Source: Atractiella rhizophila
Taxonomy: Eukaryota
Reading direction: 5' to 3'
Assembly (NCBI GenBank): GCA_021432655.1
Contig: MU271619.1
Span: 1-38,655 of the forward strand
DNA: 38,655 bases
Below, piece by piece: positions 12,098 to 21,930 of this stretch (the stretch's first letter is position 1; every line of letters begins with the position of its first letter). The position numbers and the translations under genes were made by a program. The notes under the pieces were generated by a model. The model worked only from the letters and a program-made list of their open reading frames with translations, made no database searches and was not told the origin of the DNA.

Positions 12098-15065
12098 TTG
12101 ACAATTTCTTCGTCATTTTATCTCCCATCGATGGACTCTTTTCTTTATCTTTCTCTTTCGGCGTTGAAGACTTCAAAGACCAAGACCAATGTTGTCCATA
12201 TAGGGATAGGTAATAACATTTTTTCCTACATATTTGACATGCATCGAAGCCGTACTCCTCTACCTTCAGCTTGCCAACGTCATGGATCGTTATGTGACCC
12301 AAGGACGATTGCTCCACATGGGAATTCCCTCCGATGTCTTCCAGCGCAGCGTCGCGGTCAATGTGCCAACAAACAGATGACAGGGCTCGAAACATCAATC
12401 ATCGACTTCATCGATATCCCTTCCCTCTTTACCATCTCCTCCCTCTCTGCCTAATCCCTCATGTACGAACTCCTCCTCCTCCTGCAACATCTCCATCTCT
12501 TCATCGACCTCCAGCTCCACCTCAACCCTCCCTCCCTCCCCTCCAATTCCATTCACCCCATTCACTCCTTTCCCTTCTGCCGCGTGTGCTTGTCCGGTGG
12601 AAGATGCCGCCAAGGTGGTATCGACGTGTTCGGTGAGGTGGGAGGAGACGAGGGCGAGGAGGGATGCGATTTGATCTGGTCCGAATCGGGAGTCGAGCTC
12701 TTCGACTATCTGCGTCATGGGCAAAGAAAAGAATGGTTAGTGTACGGAACTCTCGATTCTTGGTTTACTTTAAGGGATGGATTAGGGGTAGGGAATGAGA
12801 AGAACGTATTGTGTGTCAGGATATGATGGGTTAAGATGTGCTTCTACCATTTTATGATGGCGACGGACTAGTCCGCGCAGCTTGCACACAGAGCTTCAGT
12901 TCATTTATTCTGGTCTCGTCGTGCAAAGGATAATCACACGCCCACAGATAACGAGAGAGGAAAGCTCGGATCGAAGAAAGTCTGTAGGTCGCTGCGCCTC
13001 TCAACCGCGACCTCTATATCGAGTGAACACGCGTGCATGGGCCAGTTTTGTTTCATACCTTGCCCAGCTAGTAAGAGGTTAGAGCAAAGAGCTGTGCGAC
13101 TTCACTTATGGAAGATGCGAGGGTGATCCAACGGAGCTCTATTCCTTTCCTTCTCCGCTTCACCTTATAGAACTAGTCTACATTCCCGTCGAGATGCACG
13201 GGCTTTGCTCTTTGTTTCTCTGCCTACAACATGTTTCACGTGCAGAGAGAACGAGTACTCGTTGGGAAGAGGAACATAGGAGCTTGCTCGTGCAAAGCGA
13301 ATGAAAGCAAGGGGAGGAAAAGACTGACGACATGTAAATCCACTAACTCGCGCGGCATGAGGTTCACGATCTGCAACTTCTCCGCCTTCGTGAGCGCATA
13401 CGCTTCCAGCTGTCTAAGGAGGGAAGCGATGAGGCGAGGGGATTGACGGGTGGTGGGTAACGAAGGGTTGGAGAGGTATGATATAGTCTTCGCACAATTC
13501 ATCATATTAGTTAACACGAAAAGGTAAAAGTAGAAGAGAGGGGGGAGGAGGGGAGGACGAACTGATTTGTTGGAATAGACGGCATCTCGCTTCTTGGAGC
13601 GGCACTCGCTGTCGTTGGCGTGATTGCTCTCTGATTGACAATTTCTTCGTCATTTTATTTCCCATCGAAGGACTCTTTTCTTTATCTTTCTCTTTCGTTG
13701 AAGACGTCAAAGACCAAGACCAGTGTTGTCCATATAGGGATCGGTAATGATAACATTTTGCCTACATATTTGACATGTGTCGAAGCCGTACTCTTCTACC
13801 TTCACCTTGCCAACGTCATAGATTGTTATAGACGCAAGGACCTTGGCTCGACGTGTGCTTCCAGAATTCACTCCCATGTCGCACCGTCGCGGGCAACGTG
13901 CCAACAAGCAAATGACAGCACTTGAAACATCAATCATCGACTTCATCGATATCCCTTCCCTCTTTACCATCCCCTCCCTCTCCGCCTAATCCTTCGTGTA
14001 CGAACTCCTCCTCCTGCTGCAACATCTCCATCTCTTCATCGACCTCCAACTCAACCTCAACCCTCCCTCCGTCCCCTCCAATTCCATTCACTCCTTTCCC
14101 TGCCGGCGCGTGTGCTTGTCCGGTGGAAGATGCTGCTAAGGTGGTATCGACGTGTTCGGTGAGGTGGGAGGAGACGAGGGCGAGGAGGGATGCGATTTGA
14201 TCTGGTCCGAATCGGGAGTCGAGCTCTTCGACTATCTGTGTCATGCGTAAAGAAAAGAATGGTTAGTGTACGGAACTCTCGATCCTTGTTATTTTAAGGA
14301 ACGGCTGGAGTAGGGAACGAGAAGAACGTATTGCGGTTAGGATATGATGGGTTAAGATCTGCTTCTACCATTTTAAGATGGTGACGTATCAGTCCACACA
14401 GCTTGAACAGAGCTTCAGTTCATTTATTCTGGTCTCGTGGTGCAAAGGACAATCACACGCCCAAAGATAACGAGAGAGGAAATCTCGGATCGAAAACTGC
14501 TGGAGGTCGCTTCGCCTCTCAACCGCGACCTCTGTATCGAGTGAACACGCGTGCATGGGCCGGTTCTGTTTCATACCTTGCCCAGCTAGTAAGACGTTAG
14601 AGCAAAGAGCCGTGCAACTTCACTTATGGAAGATAAAAGGGTGATGAAAGAGAGCTCTATTCCTTTCCTTCTCCGCTCCACCTTATAGAACTAGTTTACA
14701 TTCCAGATGCAGCGGCTTTGCTCTTTGTTTCTCTGCCTACGACATGTTTCGCGTGCAGAGAGAACGAATACTCGTTGGGAGGGTTGCTCGTGCAAAACGA
14801 ATGAAAGCAAGGGGAGGAAAAGACTGACGACATGTAAATCCACTAACTCGCGCGGCATGAGGTTCACGATCTGTAGCTTCTCCGCTTTCGTGAGCGCATA
14901 CGCTTCCAGCTGTCTAAGGAGGGAAGCGATGAGGCGAGGGGATTGACGGGTGGTGGGTAACGAAGGGTTGGAGAGGTATGATATAGTCTTCGCACAATTC
15001 ATCATATTAGTTAACACGAACAGGTAAAAGTAGAAGAGAGGGGGGGAGGAGGGGAGGACGAACTG
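12028..15065. repeat. Diverged tandem duplication, about 1.5 kb unit (about 12028-13564 and 13566-15065)
   Basis: Each unit holds the last GPI-gene exon, the intergenic region, and RPC17 exon 3, intron 2, exon 2 and intron 1. Junction GGACGAACTG-A-TTTGTTGGAATAG at about 13564. Many non-coding substitutions and indels. Confidence 0.93.
12395..13485 (-). pseudogene. RPC17: Partial second copy (or second allele) of RPC17: exons 2-3 only
   Basis: TISYLSNP...LTKAEKLQIVNLMPRELVDLHV and IVEELDSRF...DEVDD* are intact, but the copy stops just past the intron 1 donor and has no exon 1. Confidence 0.7.
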
Positions 15066-15330
15066 CGTGTTCTACGCTTGCGACGTTCTCTGGACTGATC
15101 CTCTCGATGAGTACGTTTGCTGCGATTCGTGCTTCTTTCTCTTTCTCCTCCCTTTCCTGCTCAGCCTCCGAAGATGAAACACCTTTCTGGTTGGAGCTGG
15201 TGGAGAGAGTCTGCTGTTGGGCGGCGCGGATGGAGGAGATGGCTGCTTCGCGTTGGGATTTGGAGTCGTGTAGGAGGAGGAGCAGCTCGTAGTTAGATAG
15301 AAAGGAAGATAAGGGAGATATGACTTCCAT
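13930..15330 (-). CDS. RPC17: RNA polymerase III subunit Rpc17/RPC9 (CRCP; Rpb4 family), 3 exons
   Basis: MEV...FLSNYELL N-terminus; LTKAEKLQIVNLMPRELVDLHV|IVEELDSRF aligns without gaps to the remembered RPC9 motif (LTKAEKLQLLNHRP...VEE); acidic tail. Exons about 15063-15330, 14829-14984 and 13930-14235. Confidence 0.88.
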
Positions 15331-15476
15331 TCCTTCTTCCCTTTCCCTTCCTTATCCTTCCTCCTATAACCCTTTCCCCTCCACTTTGGGACGATCGAGA
15401 CTAGAGAATGATTAGAAAATTTTCCATTCCACAGTTGCAGTCTTGTTCGAGTATACCCACATAATAACGATATAAT
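15331..15476. promoter_or_regulatory. Short divergent (probably bidirectional) promoter between RPC17 and the PPR gene
   Basis: 146 nt between opposite ATGs, with a C/T-rich tract at 15330-15385. Confidence 0.55.
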
Positions 15477-18387
15477 ATGCTCCTCCTCCGTCGCGCCTAC
15501 AGCGTCAGCACCAGGACGCAGACCTTCACTCGCTCCTCCCGCGTCCACCTCCCACGCAAAGCGCGCTGTTCTCGCTGTCGAGGTCCACACAGCTCCAAAC
15601 TGTGTCCTACCCTGCTACACTCTCACGGAAAGGCTCCAGGTTTACTAGGGGTTGGAAGGCCCATAGGCGGAGAGGGTGAAGCAGATGAAGGAAGGAAGAG
15701 ATTAGGGAAAAGAGTGAGGTGGAGGAGGTGATGACGAGGCAACGGAAGGCGAAGATCTTGAAGGTGAAGAGGGAGGAAGATAGCAGGCGGAGAAAGGTTA
15801 GGGAGAGGGAGGTGAAGAGGGTCAGAAGGGAGAATAGCAGTGTATTGGAGGAAAAGAGAGGAGAGGAGGTTGAGATGGAGGAGGAGAGGAGGAGGGAGTT
15901 CATCAAGGTTAGTCTTCTCTTTGAGCCTTTAGAAGTCTTTGGAAGGAAGTTTGAATCTGGACAATCACCGTCCAATTTGCTTGTTGAGCGCACGGTATTT
16001 TTGCAATTCACCTATCCTGTAGGAAGATGAAGCAACTGGTTACTTTTCTTTAGCAAGTCATTGTTTGTCCTGAGGCGGACAACGAAGAGAAGCTCTTTAC
16101 TTAGAGTCATATACATTGTCGAATTAGATTAGACGCAAAGCTGTGGCTTCACGTGTTGAAGGGCTGAGCGAGATCCACTTGTTTCTCAGACAGGCGAACT
16201 GCTTGAAAGCTTGGGCCAAACAGTGCTTAGGCTATCTTCTTCATGTTTCGAGAGGGACATAGACTGATCGCCTGACACCAAAGTTATATTCACAACGGTT
16301 GTAACAGGAGTAGGAGAAGAAGTGCGTATTGTTAAGCCTTCTAAGGTGTCGACGAATATCATGATGTGGCCACCGAACCGAAATTCATACTGACATGACA
16401 TTAGGCTGCCACCTCCGGACTCGAAGAACTCAAAGAGGGCGACTTCGACTCCATATACCGAGAACTCATGAGCTCCTCGACTGCCCAACTGACAGCATTA
16501 CGGCTTCCATGGGCGGTCGAAGAAGACGGCGAACTGGCTTCTCTCGAGGATCCCTCCACGCAATGGGAACCGCCATCGCCATCCGTGCTCCTCCCTCTCA
16601 TCCGAGAAGGCTCCAGCGAGTTGGATGCGTCATTGGTGGATACAAAGCAGAAGACGGAGGACCTTCCGTTGAAGCAAATCATGGACACTCTTCTGAGGAA
16701 AGGGAAGGAGGTGGCACGCGTAGAAGAGGTCGAGGCGCTCGCTATCGGGTTCGCACAGAGGGGGGAGGTAGAGCATGTGGTTGAGGTTTTGCGGACGCTC
16801 TATCCTAGAGGCTTGAGCGAGCAGGACCAGTTTGTTGGCGCGTTGATTGAGAAGGTTATAGACGCGGAGGCAGCAGTTTGGAAAGAGAAAGAACCTCCAA
16901 GTCTCGAACGTGAGGGGGCAGCTAAGGTCAGCGAGTGGGTTGAGGGATCAAAGGTGGTCAGGTTGTGGACTTATTTGTGCAATGGTATGTTTTGCCTTCA
17001 TACTTTCGGCGGATTGGGCTCATGGAGAATTGCGGACAGATGGTATGGTCAGCTCGAACGTTTTAGAAACCTACATCAAGACACAAGTCTCCCACAGTCA
17101 AACAACCCTCTTTTTACCTCACATTCTACAAGTTCTCCTCTCGCCTCCATCCACCGTCTCCATCCCAACCCTTCCCACCTATTCTTCAGCTCTCACTGCC
17201 CTCCTTTCCCCTTCCGTCCCTCTCACACATCGATCCACCTTTTGGGACCTCTACGCCCATCTACGGTTCGTTGCGCACCCGTCCGTCAATGAGGAGGTAT
17301 ACGCGACCATGATAGCGGGTTGCAGCACGAATTCAGGCGAGGGGTTAGAGCGAGCAAACGACTTGTGGATAGAAATGGAGGATGCAGGGATCGTACCTGG
17401 AACCAAGAGCTACACCGCCTTGATGAGGAACAACGCTAGGGCGATATTTACGATAGGCAAGAAGGAGCTTTACGATCGCGATCAGTTCTGGGGCCCACCG
17501 GAGGAGGCAAAGAAGATGTTTGCGCGTAATCTCAACTGTTATTTTGAGGCGCTCCGTCTACTGCAGAAGATGATATCTGAAGGTGTCCCCCCAGATCGAG
17601 CGACGTTCGGTGAGATCTTGGAAGCTGCTTTGCGCATGGGAGACCTCGAGAGAGCGAGATGGGTGCTCCTGAAGATGGTAGAAGGCAGCCAGGTCAGACG
17701 ACAGGCCATCCTTGAAACGTTGCAGCGGGAGGGTCTCGATGCGAGCGAGTGGGATGCAGCCCTCGTTGATCCCTTAGCTCCCACGGAGGACGAAGTCGCA
17801 AAAGTCTTGTCCGCTTACGCCATGTTCACGGTCCCCATCCCTGGTCCTAATAAGTCCTTCGTCTTTCGAGAGGACGAAGCTACATTAGAAGGTCGACCGC
17901 AAGTCCCCCTGTCAGAGTCAGAGCGGAAAGTTGCAGAGGCTCTAGATCCTCCCGTCACCGATGGCGCGGTGAAAGGGGAGAAATCGGCAGGAAGGAAAAG
18001 ACCCAAAAAGGACTTCCCAGGCCCTATTCCAACCAAGCACTTGGAGGTATTGGCGGAGGCTTACGGACTCCTCAGACGCTGCCTGGGACCGAAAGGGCAA
18101 GAGATTCTCCAACCATCTCAGTCACATCTGCAGATAAAAGCCTTCATTTCAGACACTCGATTGGAGACGGACGAGGATTGGGAGCAGTGGTTGAACCTCG
18201 GCTCGCAGAAGCAATCAGAACAAGATCAAGCCTCGGGACCGCCAGAAGAATACCGTCCCATCCCAGCTCTGGCTCAAGTCAAGATCAACAGTAAGCTGTT
18301 GTGCAGTTATTTGCACGTCTATGCGCGCCACTCTACCCTCGAAAGTTGCGTGGGAATCTGGAGGGACTTGTATCCGAGACTTGGAAT
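15477..18387 (+). CDS. Pentatricopeptide-repeat (PPR) protein, 5' part (copy A), truncated at the duplication junction
   Basis: N-terminus MLLLRRAYSVSTRTQTFTRSSR resembles a mitochondrial presequence. Several small 5' exons are unresolved. Main exon starts at 16405, intron 16985-17039, PPR motifs as in copy B. Breaks at YPRLG, 18387. Confidence 0.65.
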
Positions 18388-20702
18388 GAGGCGGACAACG
18401 AAGAGAAGCTCTTTACTTAGAGTCATATACATTGTCGAATTAGATTAGACGCAAAGCTGTGGCTTCACGTGTTGAAGGGCTGAGCGAGATCCACTTGTTT
18501 CTCAGACAGGCGAACTGCTTGAAAGCTTGGGCCAAACAGTGCTTAGGCTATCTTCTTCATGTTTCGAGAGGGACATAGACTGATCGCCTGACACCAAAGT
18601 TATATTCACAACGGTTGTAACAGGAGTAGGAGAAGAAGTGCGTATTGTTAAGCCTTCTAAGGTGTCGACGAATATCATGATGTGGCCACCGAACCGAAAT
18701 TCATACTGACATGACATTAGGCTGCCACCTCCGGACTCGAAGAACTCAAAGATGGCGACTTTGACTCCATATACCGAGAACTCATGAGCTCCTCAACTGC
18801 CCAACTGACAGCATTACGGCTTCCATGGGCGGTCGAAGAAGACGGCGAACTGGCTTCTCTCGAGGATCCCTCCACGCAATGGGAACCGCCATCGCCATCC
18901 GTGCTCCTCCCTCTCATCCGAGAAGGCTCCGGCGAGTCGGACGCGTCACTGGTCGATACAAAGCAGAAGACTGAGGACCTTCCGTTGAAGCAAATCATGG
19001 ACACCCTTCTGAGGAAAGGGAAGGAGGTGGCACGCGTAGAAGAGGTCGAGGCGCTCGCTATCGGGTTCGCACAGAGGGGGGAGGTAGAGCATGTGGTTGA
19101 GGTTTTGCGGACGCTCTATCCTAGAGGCTTGAGCGAGCAGGACCAGTTTGTTGGCGCATTGATTGAGAAGGTTATAGACGCGGAGGGAGCAGTTTGGAAA
19201 GAGAAAGAACCTCCAAGTCTTGAACGTGAGGGGGCAGCTGAGGTCAGCGAGTGGGTTGAGGGATCAAAGGTGGTCAGGTTGTGGACTTATTTGTGCAATG
19301 GTATGTTTTGCCTCATACTTTCGGCGGATTGGGCTCATGGAGAATTGCGGACAGATGGTATGGTGACCTCGAACGTTTTAGAAACCTACATCAAGACACA
19401 AGTGTCCCACAGCCAAACGACCCTCTTTTTACCTCACATTCTACAAGTTCTCCTCTCGCCTCCATCCACCGTCTCTATCCCAACCCTTCCCACCTATTCT
19501 TCAGCTCTCACTGCCCTCCTTTCCCCTTCCGTCCCTCTCACACATCGATCCACCTTCTGGGACCTCTACGCCCATCTACGGTTCGTTGCGCACCCGTCCG
19601 TCAATGAGGAGGTATACGCGACCATGATAGCGGGTTGCAGCACGAATTCAGGCGAGGGGTTAGAGCGAGCCAACGACTTGTGGACAGAAATGGAGGATGC
19701 AGGGATCGTACCTGGAACCAAGAGCTACACCGCCTTGATGAGGAACAACGCCAGGGCGATATTCACGATAGGCAAGAAGGAGCTTTACGATCGCGATCAG
19801 TTCTGGGGCCCACCGGAGGAGGCAAAGAAGATGTTTGCGCGTAATCTCAACTGTTATTTTGAGGCGCTCCGTCTACTGCAGAAGATGATATCTGAAGGTG
19901 TCCCCCCAGATCGAGCGACGTTCGGTGAGATCTTGGAAGCTGCTTTGCGCATGGGAGACCTCGAGAGAGCGAGATGGGTACTCCTAAAAATGGTAGAAGG
20001 AAGCCAGGTCAGACGACAGGCCATCCTTGAAACGTTGCAGCGGGAGGGTCTCGATGCGAGCGAGTGGGATGCAGCCCTCGTTGACCCCTTAGCTCCCACG
20101 GAGGACGAAGTCGCGAAAGTCCTGTCCGCCTACGCCATGTTCACCGTCCCCATCCCTGGTCCTAATAAGTCGTTCGTCTTTCGAGAGGACGAAGCTACAT
20201 TAGAAGGTCGACCGCAAGTCCCCCTGTCAGAGTCAGAGCGGAAAGTTGCAGAGGCTCTAGATCCTCCCGTCACCGATGGCGCGGTGAAAGGGGGGAAATC
20301 GGCAGGAAGGAAAAGACCCAAAAAGGACTTTCCAGGCCCTATTCCAACCAAGCACTTGGAGGTATTGGCGGAGGCTTACGGACTCCTCAGACGCTGCCTG
20401 GGACCGAAAGGGCAAGAGATTCTCCAACCATCTCAGTCACATCTGCAGATAAAAGCCTTCATTTCAGACACTCGATTGGAGACGGACGAGGATTGGGAGC
20501 AGTGGTTGAACCTCGGCTCGCAGAAGCAATCAGAACAAGATCAAGCCTCGGGACCGCCAGAAGAATACCGTCCCATCCCAGCTCTGGCTCAAGTCAAGAT
20601 CAACAGTAAGCTGTTGTGCAGTTATTTGCACGTCTATGCGCGCCACTCTACCCTCGAAAGTTGCGTGGGAATCTGGAGGGACTTGTATCCGAGACTTGGA
20701 AT
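16071..20702. repeat. Near-identical tandem duplication inside the PPR gene (16071-18387 and 18387-20702)
   Basis: Units of 2317 and 2316 bp. Junction GACTTGGAA-T-GAGGCGGAC shares one T. Scattered SNPs and one 1-nt intronic indel. Confidence 0.97.
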
Positions 20703-21606
20703 TGTGCAGGATTCGAGAGCATTTGTGATCATGCTCCGCAAGTGCCTGATATCTGGCGGGAACTATCGCCTTCACGTCGCCTCCAAGATCTTTCGCGACT
20801 TCCGTCAACGCACTGAAGGATCGAACAAGACATTGCAGGAGTGGCCAGCGAAGGACGTGTCCATGATATGGGGGGCAATGATTGAGCTTTTAGCGAAGAG
20901 CAACCAAATTTCAACGGCAGGCAAACTGCTTGACCAATTCTACTCGCTATATCCCCCTACCGACTTGATTAAGAAGGTCCGCACAATCATTGAATATCAC
21001 CATTCGCCCACGAGCAATGTTGTGCCCCTCGTCCGGCTTTCAGACTCGCAATACCCTGAGACGCAACCCTCAAGCCGACAAGTCCTACGAAACCTAGCAC
21101 CTTTCCTCGAGTTCTCGTACGTCCAGCTGTTCCATCACAGGCTCATGAAAGAAGGTCCCCAAGCACTGCAGAAGCTTCGATCAAGGCTCGACGAGTATTT
21201 TGGGGCCACCCGGGAGGTACAAAATCTCCTTGACTCTATGTTTGATGGACGACGGAGTGACAAGGAGCGGAAAGGCCTCCGCGCGCTCGAGCAAAGGAAT
21301 GTGGACGGGGGATTATCTGCTGAAGATGCTCCCGACGCAGAGGCGATGCGTCGTCTCGAACTGTTGGATTTCGAAGAGCCTGTGGAACCATTGGAAGGTG
21401 CTGAGGAAATGGAGTTTGCTGATGGAGACAAGGCAGGCGAAGGACGAGTTTTGAACTGGGAGGAAGAGCCGCCAAAGGAATGGGACGCTGCTGCAGAGAT
21501 GGAGTTCGAAGATGGTGAGAAGGCAAGAGAAATGGAAGAGGTCACAGAAAACGATGGACGAAAAGGAGAAGGCAGTGAGGAGAGAAAAGTTCAAGGTGGA
21601 CATTAG
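18721..21606 (+). CDS. PPR protein, main and 3' part (copy B), probably a mitochondrial RNA-binding factor
   Basis: 940-aa ORF with PPR-like helical repeats (VYATMIAGC...ERANDLWTEMEDAGIVPGTKSYTALM; EALRLLQKMISEGVPPDRATFGEILEA...GDLERARWVLLKM). Includes a 54-nt in-frame GT-AG intron at 19301-19354. Acidic C-terminus. Confidence 0.88.
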   Translation, partial: AATSGLEELKDGDFDSIYRELMSSSTAQLTALRLPWAVEEDGELASLEDPSTQWEPPSPSVLLPLIREGSGESDASLVDTKQKTEDLPLKQIMDTLLRKGKEVARVEEVEALAIGFAQRGEVEHVVEVLRTLYPRGLSEQDQFVGALIEKVIDAEGAVWKEKEPPSLEREGAAEVSEWVEGSKVVRLWTYLCNGMFCLILSADWAHGELRTDGMVTSNVLETYIKTQVSHSQTTLFLPHILQVLLSPPSTVSIPTLPTYSSALTALLSPSVPLTHRSTFWDLYAHLRFVAHPSVNEEVYATMIAGCSTNSGEGLERANDLWTEMEDAGIVPGTKSYTALMRNNARAIFTIGKKELYDRDQFWGPPEEAKKMFARNLNCYFEALRLLQKMISEGVPPDRATFGEILEAALRMGDLERARWVLLKMVEGSQVRRQAILETLQREGLDASEWDAALVDPLAPTEDEVAKVLSAYAMFTVPIPGPNKSFVFREDEATLEGRPQVPLSESERKVAEALDPPVTDGAVKGGKSAGRKRPKKDFPGPIPTKHLEVLAEAYGLLRRCLGPKGQEILQPSQSHLQIKAFISDTRLETDEDWEQWLNLGSQKQSEQDQASGPPEEYRPIPALAQVKINSKLLCSYLHVYARHSTLESCVGIWRDLYPRLGIVQDSRAFVIMLRKCLISGGNYRLHVASKIFRDFRQRTEGSNKTLQEWPAKDVSMIWGAMIELLAKSNQISTAGKLLDQFYSLYPPTDLIKKVRTIIEYHHSPTSNVVPLVRLSDSQYPETQPSSRQVLRNLAPFLEFSYVQLFHHRLMKEGPQALQKLRSRLDEYFGATREVQNLLDSMFDGRRSDKERKGLRALEQRNVDGGLSAEDAPDAEAMRRLELLDFEEPVEPLEGAEEMEFADGDKAGEGRVLNWEEEPPKEWDAAAEMEFEDGEKAREMEEVTENDGRKGEGSEERKVQGGH

Positions 21607-21930
21607 GTATTCGATTCAGTTGTCCCGTACATCCACATCCATCAACTCCGGTCACTACACAGCATTATAATATCACATATGCATCTCATATTTATGTTAA
21701 TCATCATGTCGACATTGCAATTCAAGCTCGCTCCATTCTACACTTGGTCTTGTTTGTGCTTAGGAAGTTGATCTACTGCTGACGGCCAGTTCTCATCCCA
21801 CTCCTTCTCGATCCTTCATACTCACCAACCCTTTCAATCTACACATCCTCAATCCCTCCACATCTCCCCTCCGGACCTGTTCTGCTGGAGCTGAGCGGCA
21901 TGAATGCAGTCGAGAAGCCTTGAAGCCACC

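Noticed and set aside
14555..14575. AACAGAACCGGCCCA (minus strand), resembling an RNase P/MRP conserved region
   Set aside because: The match is loose, differs in the second copy, and no complementary P4 strand was found.
16985..17039. Apparent frameshift between ORFs 16468-17292 and 16910-18448 in PPR copy A
   Set aside because: The extra base lies inside a GT-AG intron (55 nt here, 54 nt in copy B), so the spliced frame is intact.
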